Assembly (NCBI GenBank): GCA_944384465.1
Contig: CALWTK010000002.1
Coordinates: 28,257 to 92,256, forward strand
Length of the DNA: 64,000 nucleotides
Source of the DNA: an uncultured Clostridia bacterium
GTDB taxonomy: Bacteria > Bacillota > Clostridia > Christensenellales > UBA1242
Direction of reading: 5' to 3'
The notes beneath the pieces were generated by a model that saw only the letters and a list, made by a program, of their open reading frames with translations, did not search any database and had not been told where the DNA came from. This document shows, one piece after another, positions 24,101-31,483 of this stretch. The translations under genes and the position numbers were made by a program. The stretch's first letter is position 1; each line of letters starts with the position of its first letter.

Positions 24101-24784
24101 AATTTTGATATAAAAGAGACATTGATAAAAATAAATAAGATCAAAAATCAAATCACGGGGCTTGGCTATGTAAACATCAACGCTATAGAAGAGTACAAGA
24201 GCGAAGGCGCTAGATATGAAGAAATGAATGCCCAAGTAGAAGATTTGAAGAAAGCAGAAGAAGACGCGGTAAAGATTATAAAAGATCTATCTAACGAAAT
24301 GCTCGAAAAATTCAATACCGAATTTGTAAAAATCCAAGAAAACTTCACTAAGGTATTCAAAGAATTGTTCGGTGGCGGGAATGCTAGGTTGGAGCTGTTG
24401 CCAAGCGAAGATCCATTGACCGCTGGGGTGGAAATCATTGCTCAACCACCGGGTAAAGTCTTGCAACAAATATCCTTGCTTAGCGGTGGTGAAAAGACCA
24501 TGACAGCAATTGCAATATTGTTCGCGATACTAAAATTGAAACCAATGCCATTCTGTTTCTTGGACGAAATAGAGGCGGCACTCGACGACGCCAATATTGA
24601 GCGTTACGCTAGATACTTAAAGCGATTTAGCGACGAGACACAATTTATTGTCATCACTCACAGAAAACCTACTATGGAACTAGCAGACTCATTGTACGGC
24701 GTGACGATGGAAGAAAAAGGCGTCAGCAAGATAGTATCAGTCAAATTGAGCGATGCCGTCAAAGCTGTAGAACCAAATCAATAA
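21182..24784 (+). CDS. smc: chromosome segregation protein SMC
   Basis: 1200 aa. GPNGCGKSN Walker A, long coiled coils with a central hinge, C-terminal LSGGEKT and FCFLDEIEAALD. Confidence 0.97.
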   Translation: MITFKEIEMAGFKSFADETHINFDGGITAIVGPNGCGKSNVSDAIRWVLGEQSSKALRGKSMQDVIFAGTEKRKKLSYCEVSLIFDNTNKWFNIDYDEVVITRKLYRSGESDYQINRKPCRLKDIRDLLYDSGIGKDGYSIIGQGRVEEIIQSKPEERRAIFEEAAGIAKYKARKVETENRLERVRDNLSRAGDIMSEVERRLGPLKKQSEDAKKYLEYRDILKQLEINAYIYQFDHAAQTKQEINEKLQGYSDNLNILNNSLETEQAKYDKSLNEINQLDKKANDLHEQVLVKTVSLEKRQSDNRLLNEQTRYLKEQIDRLKSQLDGYNMDFNQRMALINNATALRDEEKENLNNLYLESQENSNKYLQLIDELTKSEGEKEENQRAIIDNLSKLTDLKANLSGYIAKRDTMQENIKQDKEKLDTLLNEKKSLQDEYIQLKNEVDNLYNTKTSKEENIEKINAKMSSVTDSIDELNNRIYALKTSISNDTNRKNILTNLQADFEGYQFAVKRLLQESKNNTTLNNAIKGVVGNIISVDSKYQTAIEIALGGSIQNIVTKDENDAKILINYLKESRLGRATFLPISAVKPRSLSSSDRQYLSSNGCLGVASELVKTDNIYKSVIDSLLGATVVCDTLDNAVNLAKRSGYSFRIVTLEGDILSPQGSMSGGSKKSNDSSLLGKENEIKILTKNIEEKSKELENVNSQFASYNNALTKLKDLLSSETNNLQVLNNDYYSKNTKLENIKQNLDSLEEDVFSLNSQLKIAENIVNDLNTKINSIDQAELDYTSTQAKVGEFNETNKNAYEELKQKRDEYQEIVTQSKIKIASTEEKIRSLNKDIDSYTQEIENVKKLIENVQNELSSQTRVYDEAMSLNKSKQEDIETENIKNELDELNSKLAQFDEFKQTLMKELKDLDDKKTVISNDIARLNNKIYQEETKLQKVDIDIENMQERIYEEYEMTYNDCLPFKSQDENFDIKETLIKINKIKNQITGLGYVNINAIEEYKSEGARYEEMNAQVEDLKKAEEDAVKIIKDLSNEMLEKFNTEFVKIQENFTKVFKELFGGGNARLELLPSEDPLTAGVEIIAQPPGKVLQQISLLSGGEKTMTAIAILFAILKLKPMPFCFLDEIEAALDDANIERYARYLKRFSDETQFIVITHRKPTMELADSLYGVTMEEKGVSKIVSVKLSDAVKAVEPNQ

Positions 24785-24850
24785 TATATACATATATGGT
24801 GTATTTAGATTTTAAAATACACTATATATTTCATTTTAATAGGAGTAGAT

Positions 24851-25714
24851 ATGGGAATATTTAAGAAATTTTTTGACAAACTAAAATACACTTTCAAGCG
24901 TACAGAACTCAACGATGATTTTTATGATGAACTGGAAAGTATCTTGATCTCTAGCGATATGGGTGTGGAAACTGCTATGGACATCATGGACGAGTTGCGC
25001 GATGTGTGTAAGAAAAAACTGATAAAAGATGTTGAGCGCGCGCAGATTGAATTGAAGCAATTGTTGATTGACAAATTGAATGTGCAACCGGTTGAATTCG
25101 ACTATCCTATGATTATCACTGTGGTAGGAGTGAACGGCGTAGGGAAAACGACATCCATTGCCAAGATGACGAAATATTTTTTAAACAAAAAGAAAAATGT
25201 CATTTTGGCAGCGGGTGATACATTCCGCGCGGCCGCGACAGAGCAGTTGTCAAATTGGGCAGAAAAATTGAAAGTAAAGATAATCAAACAGGGAGAAGGA
25301 GCGGATTCTGCTGCCGTCGTGTTTGATGCGATCAGCAGTATGAAAGCAAAAAATAATGATGTTTTGATTGTCGATACCGCGGGAAGATTACACACCAAGA
25401 CAAATCTCATGAAAGAGCTGGAAAAAATCAACAACATCATCAACAGAGAATATCCAGAAGCCAAAAAAATGAATTTAATAGTATTGGACGCATCAATTGG
25501 ACAGAATTCAATAGCGCAAGTCAAAGCATTCAAAGACAGTGTCAACATTGACGGAATCATTCTTACAAAATTGGACGGCACTTCAAAAGGCGGGGTGGTA
25601 TATCCTATAATCAACGAACTCCATGTGCCGATAATCTTTACAGGTTTTGGTGAAGGGGTTGACGACCTAGATGTGTTTGATGCAGAAAATTTTGTAAATA
25701 AAATATTGATGTAA
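24851..25714 (+). CDS. ftsY: signal recognition particle receptor FtsY (short form)
   Basis: GVNGVGKTTSIAK, DTAGRLH and TKLDGTSKGG motifs. Confidence 0.95.
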   Translation: MGIFKKFFDKLKYTFKRTELNDDFYDELESILISSDMGVETAMDIMDELRDVCKKKLIKDVERAQIELKQLLIDKLNVQPVEFDYPMIITVVGVNGVGKTTSIAKMTKYFLNKKKNVILAAGDTFRAAATEQLSNWAEKLKVKIIKQGEGADSAAVVFDAISSMKAKNNDVLIVDTAGRLHTKTNLMKELEKINNIINREYPEAKKMNLIVLDASIGQNSIAQVKAFKDSVNIDGIILTKLDGTSKGGVVYPIINELHVPIIFTGFGEGVDDLDVFDAENFVNKILM

Positions 25715-25833
25715 TATGAAGATATTTATAAAAAAATTAATCAATTAAAAACAATTTTTAGTAATCAAAATTTCATATTAAATTGAAAAAATTTAAAAAT
25801 GAACCAAGTAAATCAATTATTAAAAGGTAAAAT

Positions 25834-26154
25834 ATGGACATAAAAAGACGGGTTGAAATTGCTGTTTTGGTCAAATATTATGGTGCAATATTGACTGAGA
25901 AACAGCGTGAAATAATAAATATGTATGTAGACAACAATTTGTCGTTGAAAGAAGTGAGTGACGAGCTTAATATTACTAGGCAGGCAGTGAAGGATGCTTT
26001 GGATAACGCAATTGAGACTCTAGAAAATACCGAAAATAAATTGCATTTTATTGCTCGGGATGATAAAATAAAAAAATTATTAGAAAACAAACTTTCTAAT
26101 CAAATTGATATGAGTACAAGATTGGAGATCTTGTCTATACTGGAGGGAGAATAA
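25834..26154 (+). CDS. ylxM: YlxM/UPF0122 HTH protein of the SRP operon
   Basis: YYGAILTEKQREIINMYVDNNLSLKEVSDELNITRQAV; lies immediately upstream of ffh. Confidence 0.85.
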   Translation: MDIKRRVEIAVLVKYYGAILTEKQREIINMYVDNNLSLKEVSDELNITRQAVKDALDNAIETLENTENKLHFIARDDKIKKLLENKLSNQIDMSTRLEILSILEGE

Positions 26155-27500
26155 TGGCACTATTTTCAAGTTTGAGCGAAAGATTAAATCATATATTTAG
26201 CAAGATGACAAAACACGGAAAACTGACCGCTTTGGAGATAAAAGAAGCTATGCGTGAAATTAGAGTGGCACTGCTGGAAGCGGATGTCAATTTCACGGTA
26301 GCGAAAAATTTTATAACAAAGGTCAGTGAATTGGCGGTCGGCGAAGAAATCCTGAAAAGTTTGACCCCGACTCAGCAAGTGATAAAAATCGTACGTGACA
26401 ATCTGATTGAACTGATGGGCGGAGAAAATCAAAAACTAAATGTTTCACCAAAACCGCCTACAATCATCATGATGTGCGGATTGCAAGGTAGTGGTAAGAC
26501 GACTCTGTGCGGAAAATTGGCTCTGAAGTTGAAAAAGGAAGGTAAAAAACCACTTTTAGTCGCGTGTGACATTTATCGTCCAGCAGCGATCGATCAACTA
26601 AAAGTCCTAGGGAAATCAATTCAAATTGATGTCTTCGAACGCGGGACACAAAACCCAGTCAAGACCTGCAAAGAAGCTATAACGTATGCAGAGAAATTCG
26701 CACTAGATACAGTCATCATTGATACAGCAGGGCGCTTGCAGATAGACGAAAAATTGATGGACGAATTAAAGGAAATCAAAAAAGCAATCAACCCGACCGA
26801 AATCTTGCTCGTAATTGACGCCATGATAGGGCAAGAAGCGGTGGCAGTCTCAAAAGCATTCAATGACGCGTTGGACGTTACTGGCGTTGTGCTGACAAAG
26901 ATTGATGGCGACACACGTGGTGGTGCTGCTCTTTCAATCCGCTCAGTTATAGGTAAACCAATCAAATTCGTGGGCGTAGGCGAGAAATTGACCGACCTAG
27001 AACCTTTCTTTCCAGATAGAATGGCGTCCAGAATTTTGGGTATGGGCGATGTGCTGACTTTGATTGACAAAGCGCAAGAAGCAGTGGACGAACAGACAGC
27101 GAAGGAACTGGAAAGGAAATTCAAAGAAAACAGTTTTGATCTAAACGACTATATTGAACAGGTTAATTCGCTGAAAAAAATGGGCGGACTAAAATCAGTC
27201 CTTTCAATGATGCCTGGACTGGGCGGAAAATTGAAACAGATTGAAGACCAAATTGACGAAAAAGCACTAGAAAGGAACAAAGCTATCATCCAATCTATGA
27301 CGGCAAAAGAGAGGGCTAACCCTGACATCATCAATGGTAGCAGACGCCAAAGGATAGCAAAGGGCGCAGGCGTACAAGTGAGCGACGTCAATCAACTTAT
27401 CAAACAATTCAACCAATCAAAAGAAATGATGCGTATGATGAAGAATCCAAAAGCTTATGGCGGTAAAATGGCAATGATAAGAAAACTTATGGGCAATTAA
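26154..27500 (+). CDS. ffh: signal recognition particle protein Ffh (SRP54)
   Basis: GLQGSGKTT, DTAGRLQ and TKIDGDTRGG motifs, followed by a Met-rich M domain. Confidence 0.97.
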   Translation: MALFSSLSERLNHIFSKMTKHGKLTALEIKEAMREIRVALLEADVNFTVAKNFITKVSELAVGEEILKSLTPTQQVIKIVRDNLIELMGGENQKLNVSPKPPTIIMMCGLQGSGKTTLCGKLALKLKKEGKKPLLVACDIYRPAAIDQLKVLGKSIQIDVFERGTQNPVKTCKEAITYAEKFALDTVIIDTAGRLQIDEKLMDELKEIKKAINPTEILLVIDAMIGQEAVAVSKAFNDALDVTGVVLTKIDGDTRGGAALSIRSVIGKPIKFVGVGEKLTDLEPFFPDRMASRILGMGDVLTLIDKAQEAVDEQTAKELERKFKENSFDLNDYIEQVNSLKKMGGLKSVLSMMPGLGGKLKQIEDQIDEKALERNKAIIQSMTAKERANPDIINGSRRQRIAKGAGVQVSDVNQLIKQFNQSKEMMRMMKNPKAYGGKMAMIRKLMGN

Positions 27501-27514
27501 TAAGCTTTTGGATT

Positions 27515-27529
27515 ATGAAGAATACAGCT
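27515..27529 (+). repeat. short degenerate copy of the ffh tail start (ATGAAGAATacAGCT)
   Basis: Compare ATGAAGAATCCAAAAGCT at 27438 in ffh. Confidence 0.35.
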
Positions 27530-27561
27530 CGTCCAAAAATCTTATTTTTGGACTTGAACGG

Positions 27562-27633
27562 ATGAAAAACCCTAAAGGCAAAGGCGAAAAATTTAAGATG
27601 ATGAAGAACTTGTTGAATGGCGGAGGTTTTTAA
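27562..27633 (+). pseudogene. relic of an alternative ffh 3' end
   Basis: In-frame 23-codon relic, MKNPKGKGEKFKMMKNLLNGGGF*. It begins with the same MKNPK as the ffh tail and has no RBS. Confidence 0.5.
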
Positions 27634-27678
27634 TCTTAAATTTTCAAACGTTGATTTAGGGGAAAGGTGTCATCATTA

Positions 27679-27704
27679 CATATGGCAAATAATTTTGCCA
27701 TATG
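27679..27704. repeat. perfect palindrome with 11-bp arms
   Basis: CATATGGCAAA-taat-TTTGCCATATG, located immediately 5' of the second ffh-tail copy. Confidence 0.8.
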
Positions 27705-27708
27705 CGAG

Positions 27709-27771
27709 ATGAAGAATCCAAAAGCCTATGGTGGTAAAATGGCTATTATACGTAAATTAATGGGGCAATAA
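27709..27771 (+). pseudogene. displaced copy of the last 21 codons of ffh
   Basis: MKNPKAYGGKMAIIRKLMGQ* versus the native MKNPKAYGGKMAMIRKLMGN* (27438..27500). By my hand alignment 52/63 nt are identical. Confidence 0.8.
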
Positions 27772-27782
27772 ATTGCAAAAAG

Positions 27783-27811
27783 TTATAGTAAATTTTACTA
27801 TAATTTTTTTT
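27783..27811 (+). terminator. intrinsic terminator after the displaced ffh tail
   Basis: TTATAGTA-aattt-TACTATAA followed by TTTTTTTT. The stem is AT-rich and weak. Confidence 0.45.
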
Positions 27812-27891
27812 AATAAAAATTCTTATTCCTGTTTAGGAATATTCAAGACAGATCCTTTTTATTGTTGTAGAATATAAAAAGGAGAATGTTT

Positions 27892-28121
27892 ATGAGGAAT
27901 AGAATTAAAATTGAAATGGTATATGATTATATGAAGAAGAACAATCTATCAAAAACGAAGTTCTGCAAGATTGCAATATCAGTCCTATAATCTTCAAAAA
28001 AATAGAGATGTTCAATCTCACTGGCGGAAAAATACCAAAAGGTTACAATTTTAATATTGCGACGTTATTTAAGATTGCAAAATTCATAGGCGTTAAGTTA
28101 TATGAATTGTTTGAAAATTAA
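27892..28121 (+). pseudogene. XRE-family HTH regulator, frameshifted
   Basis: Frame 1 reads MRNRIKIEMVYDYMKKNNLSKTKFCKIAISVL*. Shifting one base restores NISPIIFKKIEMFNLTGGKIPKGYNFNIATLFKIAKFIGVKLYELFEN*. The 230-nt span is not a multiple of 3. RBS AAGGAG is present. Confidence 0.7.
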
Positions 28122-28273
28122 TTTGCATATTATATATTCTTAAGAGATGAAAGGGGGTGTGAAAAACTAAATATTACTATGCTTTTTATAAATAATTGCT
28201 AAATATGTACAGGAATATATAAATGATTACACGAAAAATAAATATACAATATATTGTGTAAATAAATATAAAA

Positions 28274-28298
28274 AACCACAAGTCATATGCTTGTGGTT
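28274..28298 (-). terminator. intrinsic terminator of the 406-aa gene
   Basis: AACCACAAG-tcatatg-CTTGTGGTT. On the minus strand it is followed by a T-run (the A-run at 28269..28275 on the plus strand). Confidence 0.65.
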
Positions 28299-28356
28299 CG
28301 ATTTTCCAGATTAATCATATCACAAAATTTGATATTGTCAATACCTATTTAAAAAT

Positions 28357-29577
28357 TTATGCTTGTTCTTGAAGATTTCTTAAATTCATATATTTATTTT
28401 GTTCCAAGTTTGATGTTACCATTTGAACAATCTGTCCAAATTCTTCATAATTAGTTGGTTGGATACCAGTCTTTTTGATATAATCAACACAATAATTAAT
28501 TGCGTTAGTCGACTGCTCAGTGAAGCAGTTGCTATATTGATTAAGGATATTGTCAGGGATATTACCTTGAAGTGAGGCAATATTTTTTGCTTGTTTATCG
28601 TTGTTGACCAAAACGTCTTGCATAGTTTGATAGATCAATTTTGATAGAGATTGGTTCAACTCTTGAGAGTTGTTTGACATATTTGCTAGAGCGATTTGAG
28701 TATTTTGATTTGAATTACTTTTCGCTACAAATTCGTTACTGGCAGTTTGACCTTGACTAGATAAATTTGACAGCATGATAGGTGCTGTGGTTTCCAATTC
28801 TTTGAATGATGTAGTCGAACTAATGAATGATGTGAATATGTTGTGTTGTTTTATGAATTCCTCTAGTTCAGGGCTATAATTGGATAGGGCAGTCGTATCA
28901 ACTATGTTTATTTGTTGTTCTATTTGATCAAGGGAGGATCCTATTTCATCGGCAATGTTTTGAGGAATGTCGCCTTGCTGGGTATAGGTAGAAGCCTCCA
29001 GTGGAAACTTTTGCATCTCTTGCTCATAAGCATTGAGAAGAGATTTTATTGCATTTTGTAGTTTTGAAAAATCAGGGTCGTTATTGTTTAAAATATCCAA
29101 ATTTTTCAATCTAGCCAGATTTTTTGTCGCAACTCTTTCGTCCGCTGAGCCATTTTGATATTTCTCTTCTATCAAAACGATTTTATCTATTATATCAGCA
29201 TATTGCTTAGTTAGTTCACAATGTTGAATGTCCGCTTTCATAGTCTGTAATGATTTTTCGAGGTTTGATAAGACGGTTTGTGGGTTTTCTGTTTTATTAA
29301 ATTCGGTATATTCATTTACAAATATGTTTGTTCCTTCACATACATTTTGAATATTGTGAAACAGTTGAGATGTTTGATCTATGACATCTTGAGGGAATAC
29401 GTCAGGTTGATTGATATATCTTAGCATGTTGTTTGCATATTCATACAATCTAACATTTCTAGTTTTCATAACCTCAATTTCTTCTGTATAATCGGGTTGG
29501 GAGGATAGTGTGGCTTTCCTTTCTTCAATTTGAGTCAAAAGTTGGTCTATCTTTTGAGATAATTCGTTATAAGTCAT
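28357..29577 (-). CDS. hypothetical protein, 406 aa, Q/N/S-rich, helical, with three internal repeats
   Basis: Clean ORF with RBS AGGAGA. A repeated motif occurs at aa 58 (PDVFPQDVID), aa 201 (QGDIPQNIAD) and aa 337 (QGNIPDNILN). There is no TM helix or signal peptide, and I recognise no family motif. Confidence 0.6.
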   Translation of the reverse strand: MTYNELSQKIDQLLTQIEERKATLSSQPDYTEEIEVMKTRNVRLYEYANNMLRYINQPDVFPQDVIDQTSQLFHNIQNVCEGTNIFVNEYTEFNKTENPQTVLSNLEKSLQTMKADIQHCELTKQYADIIDKIVLIEEKYQNGSADERVATKNLARLKNLDILNNNDPDFSKLQNAIKSLLNAYEQEMQKFPLEASTYTQQGDIPQNIADEIGSSLDQIEQQINIVDTTALSNYSPELEEFIKQHNIFTSFISSTTSFKELETTAPIMLSNLSSQGQTASNEFVAKSNSNQNTQIALANMSNNSQELNQSLSKLIYQTMQDVLVNNDKQAKNIASLQGNIPDNILNQYSNCFTEQSTNAINYCVDYIKKTGIQPTNYEEFGQIVQMVTSNLEQNKYMNLRNLQEQA

Positions 29578-29595
29578 CTTTTTCTCCTATATTTT

Positions 29596-29624
29596 ATTAT
29601 AACATATCAAATCTATATTGTCAA
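29596..29624 (-). promoter_or_regulatory. near-consensus sigma-A promoter of the 406-aa gene
   Basis: The minus strand reads TTGACA-17 nt-TATAAT with a TGT extension (complement of 29619..29624 and 29596..29601). Confidence 0.65.
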
Positions 29625-29679
29625 AAATAATGATGTGCGATATATGGCAAATATAAACGTAAAAATTTATAAAAAACAC

Positions 29680-29708
29680 TTTACAAATATTTGTCAGTAT
29701 GATATTAT
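29680..29708 (+). promoter_or_regulatory. rpsP operon promoter
   Basis: TTTACA(29680..29685)-17 nt-TATTAT(29703..29708), TGn-extended. Confidence 0.55.
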
Positions 29709-29751
29709 GTAAAGGTAAAATACTTTACAGATGTAAATAAAAGGAGAAATT

Positions 29752-30048
29752 ATGGCTGTTAAAATTAGATTGACTCGTTTGGGAGACAAAAAATCACCTT
29801 TTTATCGTGTCGTTGTTGCTGACAGTAGAGTGGCTAGAGATGGTAAATACATCGAACAGATCGGTACTTACAATCCGCTAAAAGACCCTGCTGAAATCAA
29901 AATCAACAATGAACTCGCTCTCAAATGGTTGCGTCAAGGTGCTCAACCTACTGAAACTGCTAAAACATTGCTTCAAAAAGTCGGCGTTTTGGAAGTGAAA
30001 GGTAATTCTGTACCTAAGACAAACAACAAGAAAAAGAAAAAAGCATAG
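29752..30048 (+). CDS. rpsP: 30S ribosomal protein S16
   Basis: [26 protein letters not shown]. Confidence 0.97.
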   Translation: MAVKIRLTRLGDKKSPFYRVVVADSRVARDGKYIEQIGTYNPLKDPAEIKINNELALKWLRQGAQPTETAKTLLQKVGVLEVKGNSVPKTNNKKKKKA

Positions 30049-30059
30049 GAGAGTAGTTT

Positions 30060-30290
30060 ATGCAAGAAATTTTGGAGTACATTGTCAAGAATTTGGTGTC
30101 ACATCCAGATGAGGTTGAAATCGCTAGCGAAAACCAGGGCAAAACTAAAGTCTTCAAAGTCACTGTCAATCAAAAAGATTTGGGCAGTGTCATTGGAAGG
30201 GGCGGAGTGATTGCCAACGCTATTAGGACAATAGTGAAGTCAACTGCAGACAATAAAGGAAGATTAGTAATTAAATTTGATGCAAAATAA
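30060..30290 (+). CDS. KH-domain RNA-binding protein (YlqC/UPF0109)
   Basis: LGSVIGRGGVIANAIRTIV, a GxxG KH motif; conserved position after rpsP. Confidence 0.85.
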   Translation: MQEILEYIVKNLVSHPDEVEIASENQGKTKVFKVTVNQKDLGSVIGRGGVIANAIRTIVKSTADNKGRLVIKFDAK

Positions 30291-30305
30291 ATTTAGGATT
30301 ATTAT

Positions 30306-30806
30306 ATGCAAAAATTACTAGAAATTGGAAAAATTGTACGAACTCACGGCATTAAAGGTGCGGTCAAAGTTATTAGTTACCTTGATGGCGTGAATTTTTC
30401 TATATTCAAACATATTTTTATTGGCGAAAAGTTGCTTGAAGGAAATATAGAGCACGTTATGAAATTGAATAATGACGCTTTTTCAATAAAAATAGACATT
30501 ATAAACTCAATCGACGAAGCCGAAAATTATAGGAATAAATCTATATATATTGATAGGAATGAATACAAAGAGTTCAAAGATAAAGTCTATCTAAACGACT
30601 TGATCGGCAAACCTGTATTGGACGAAAATCATGAAAAAATTGGCGAACTTATTGACTTTGATGACTATGGTGCAAGCGTGATTTTGCAGATAAAGACGGG
30701 TATTGTGACGTATTCGTTGCCATTTGTCGAAGACATAATCACGTATGATGAAGATCTTGACGCCTTTTTGACTACCAAGCAAAAATTTAAGGATTTGCGC
30801 GTATGA
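30306..30806 (+). CDS. rimM: 16S rRNA processing protein RimM
   Basis: IGKIVRTHGIKGAVKV N-terminus and a PRC-barrel C-terminus. Confidence 0.9.
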   Translation: MQKLLEIGKIVRTHGIKGAVKVISYLDGVNFSIFKHIFIGEKLLEGNIEHVMKLNNDAFSIKIDIINSIDEAENYRNKSIYIDRNEYKEFKDKVYLNDLIGKPVLDENHEKIGELIDFDDYGASVILQIKTGIVTYSLPFVEDIITYDEDLDAFLTTKQKFKDLRV

Positions 30807-31465
30807 AAGTAGATATTCTCACTCTTTTCCCAGAAATGTTTGCTCCTCTAAAAGAGAGCATCATCAAGCGCGCCGTCGAAGATCAGAAGGTAGAAATCAA
30901 TATCATCAATATACGTGATTTTGCCACTCCACCACACTATAAATGTGATGACGAGCCATTCGGCGGTGGTGCTGGGATGGTGATGATGTGTGAACCATTG
31001 TTTAAGGCGATTGAAAGCGTGATGACGCCTGATAGCAGGATCATTTATATGTCACCTAGAGGCAAGGTGTTCAATCAAAAATATGCTGAAGCTTTGTCAA
31101 AATTTTCGCATCTGATTTTAATCTGCGGGCATTATGAAGGAATTGATCAGCGTGTGATTGATTATTTTCATATAGAAGAATTGTCTATAGGCGACTATGT
31201 TTTGACGGGTGGAGAGTTGCCAGCTATGGTTGTAGCTGATAGCGTCATTAGATTGTTACCGAATGTGATAAAAGACGAGAGCAAGACTGAAGAGAGTTTC
31301 AGCAGTGAACTGCTTGAATACAATCAATATACTAGACCTGCAGAATACAGGGGGATGAAAGTCCCTGATGTTTTGCTAAGCGGAAATCATAAAAAAATCG
31401 CAGAATATAGAAAAGAAGAATCAATGAAAATCACTAGGAAAAATCGTCCAGATTTGTTAAAATAG
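30803..31465 (+). CDS. trmD: tRNA (guanine37-N1)-methyltransferase
   Basis: MKVDILTLFPEMF, GGGAGMVM and GHYEGIDQRV motifs. Confidence 0.97.
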   Translation: MKVDILTLFPEMFAPLKESIIKRAVEDQKVEINIINIRDFATPPHYKCDDEPFGGGAGMVMMCEPLFKAIESVMTPDSRIIYMSPRGKVFNQKYAEALSKFSHLILICGHYEGIDQRVIDYFHIEELSIGDYVLTGGELPAMVVADSVIRLLPNVIKDESKTEESFSSELLEYNQYTRPAEYRGMKVPDVLLSGNHKKIAEYRKEESMKITRKNRPDLLK

Positions 31466-31483
31466 TTTTATCAAAGGATGTAA

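Noticed and set aside
27680-29653. Exact 12-mer ATATGGCAAATA at 27680..27691 and 29642..29653, considered as direct repeats bounding the insertion
   Set aside because: Many chance 12-mer matches are expected among all pairs in 64 kb of AT-rich DNA. These boundaries would also place the ancestral-looking ffh tail inside the element, which conflicts with the tail-duplication logic. I kept it only as a note.
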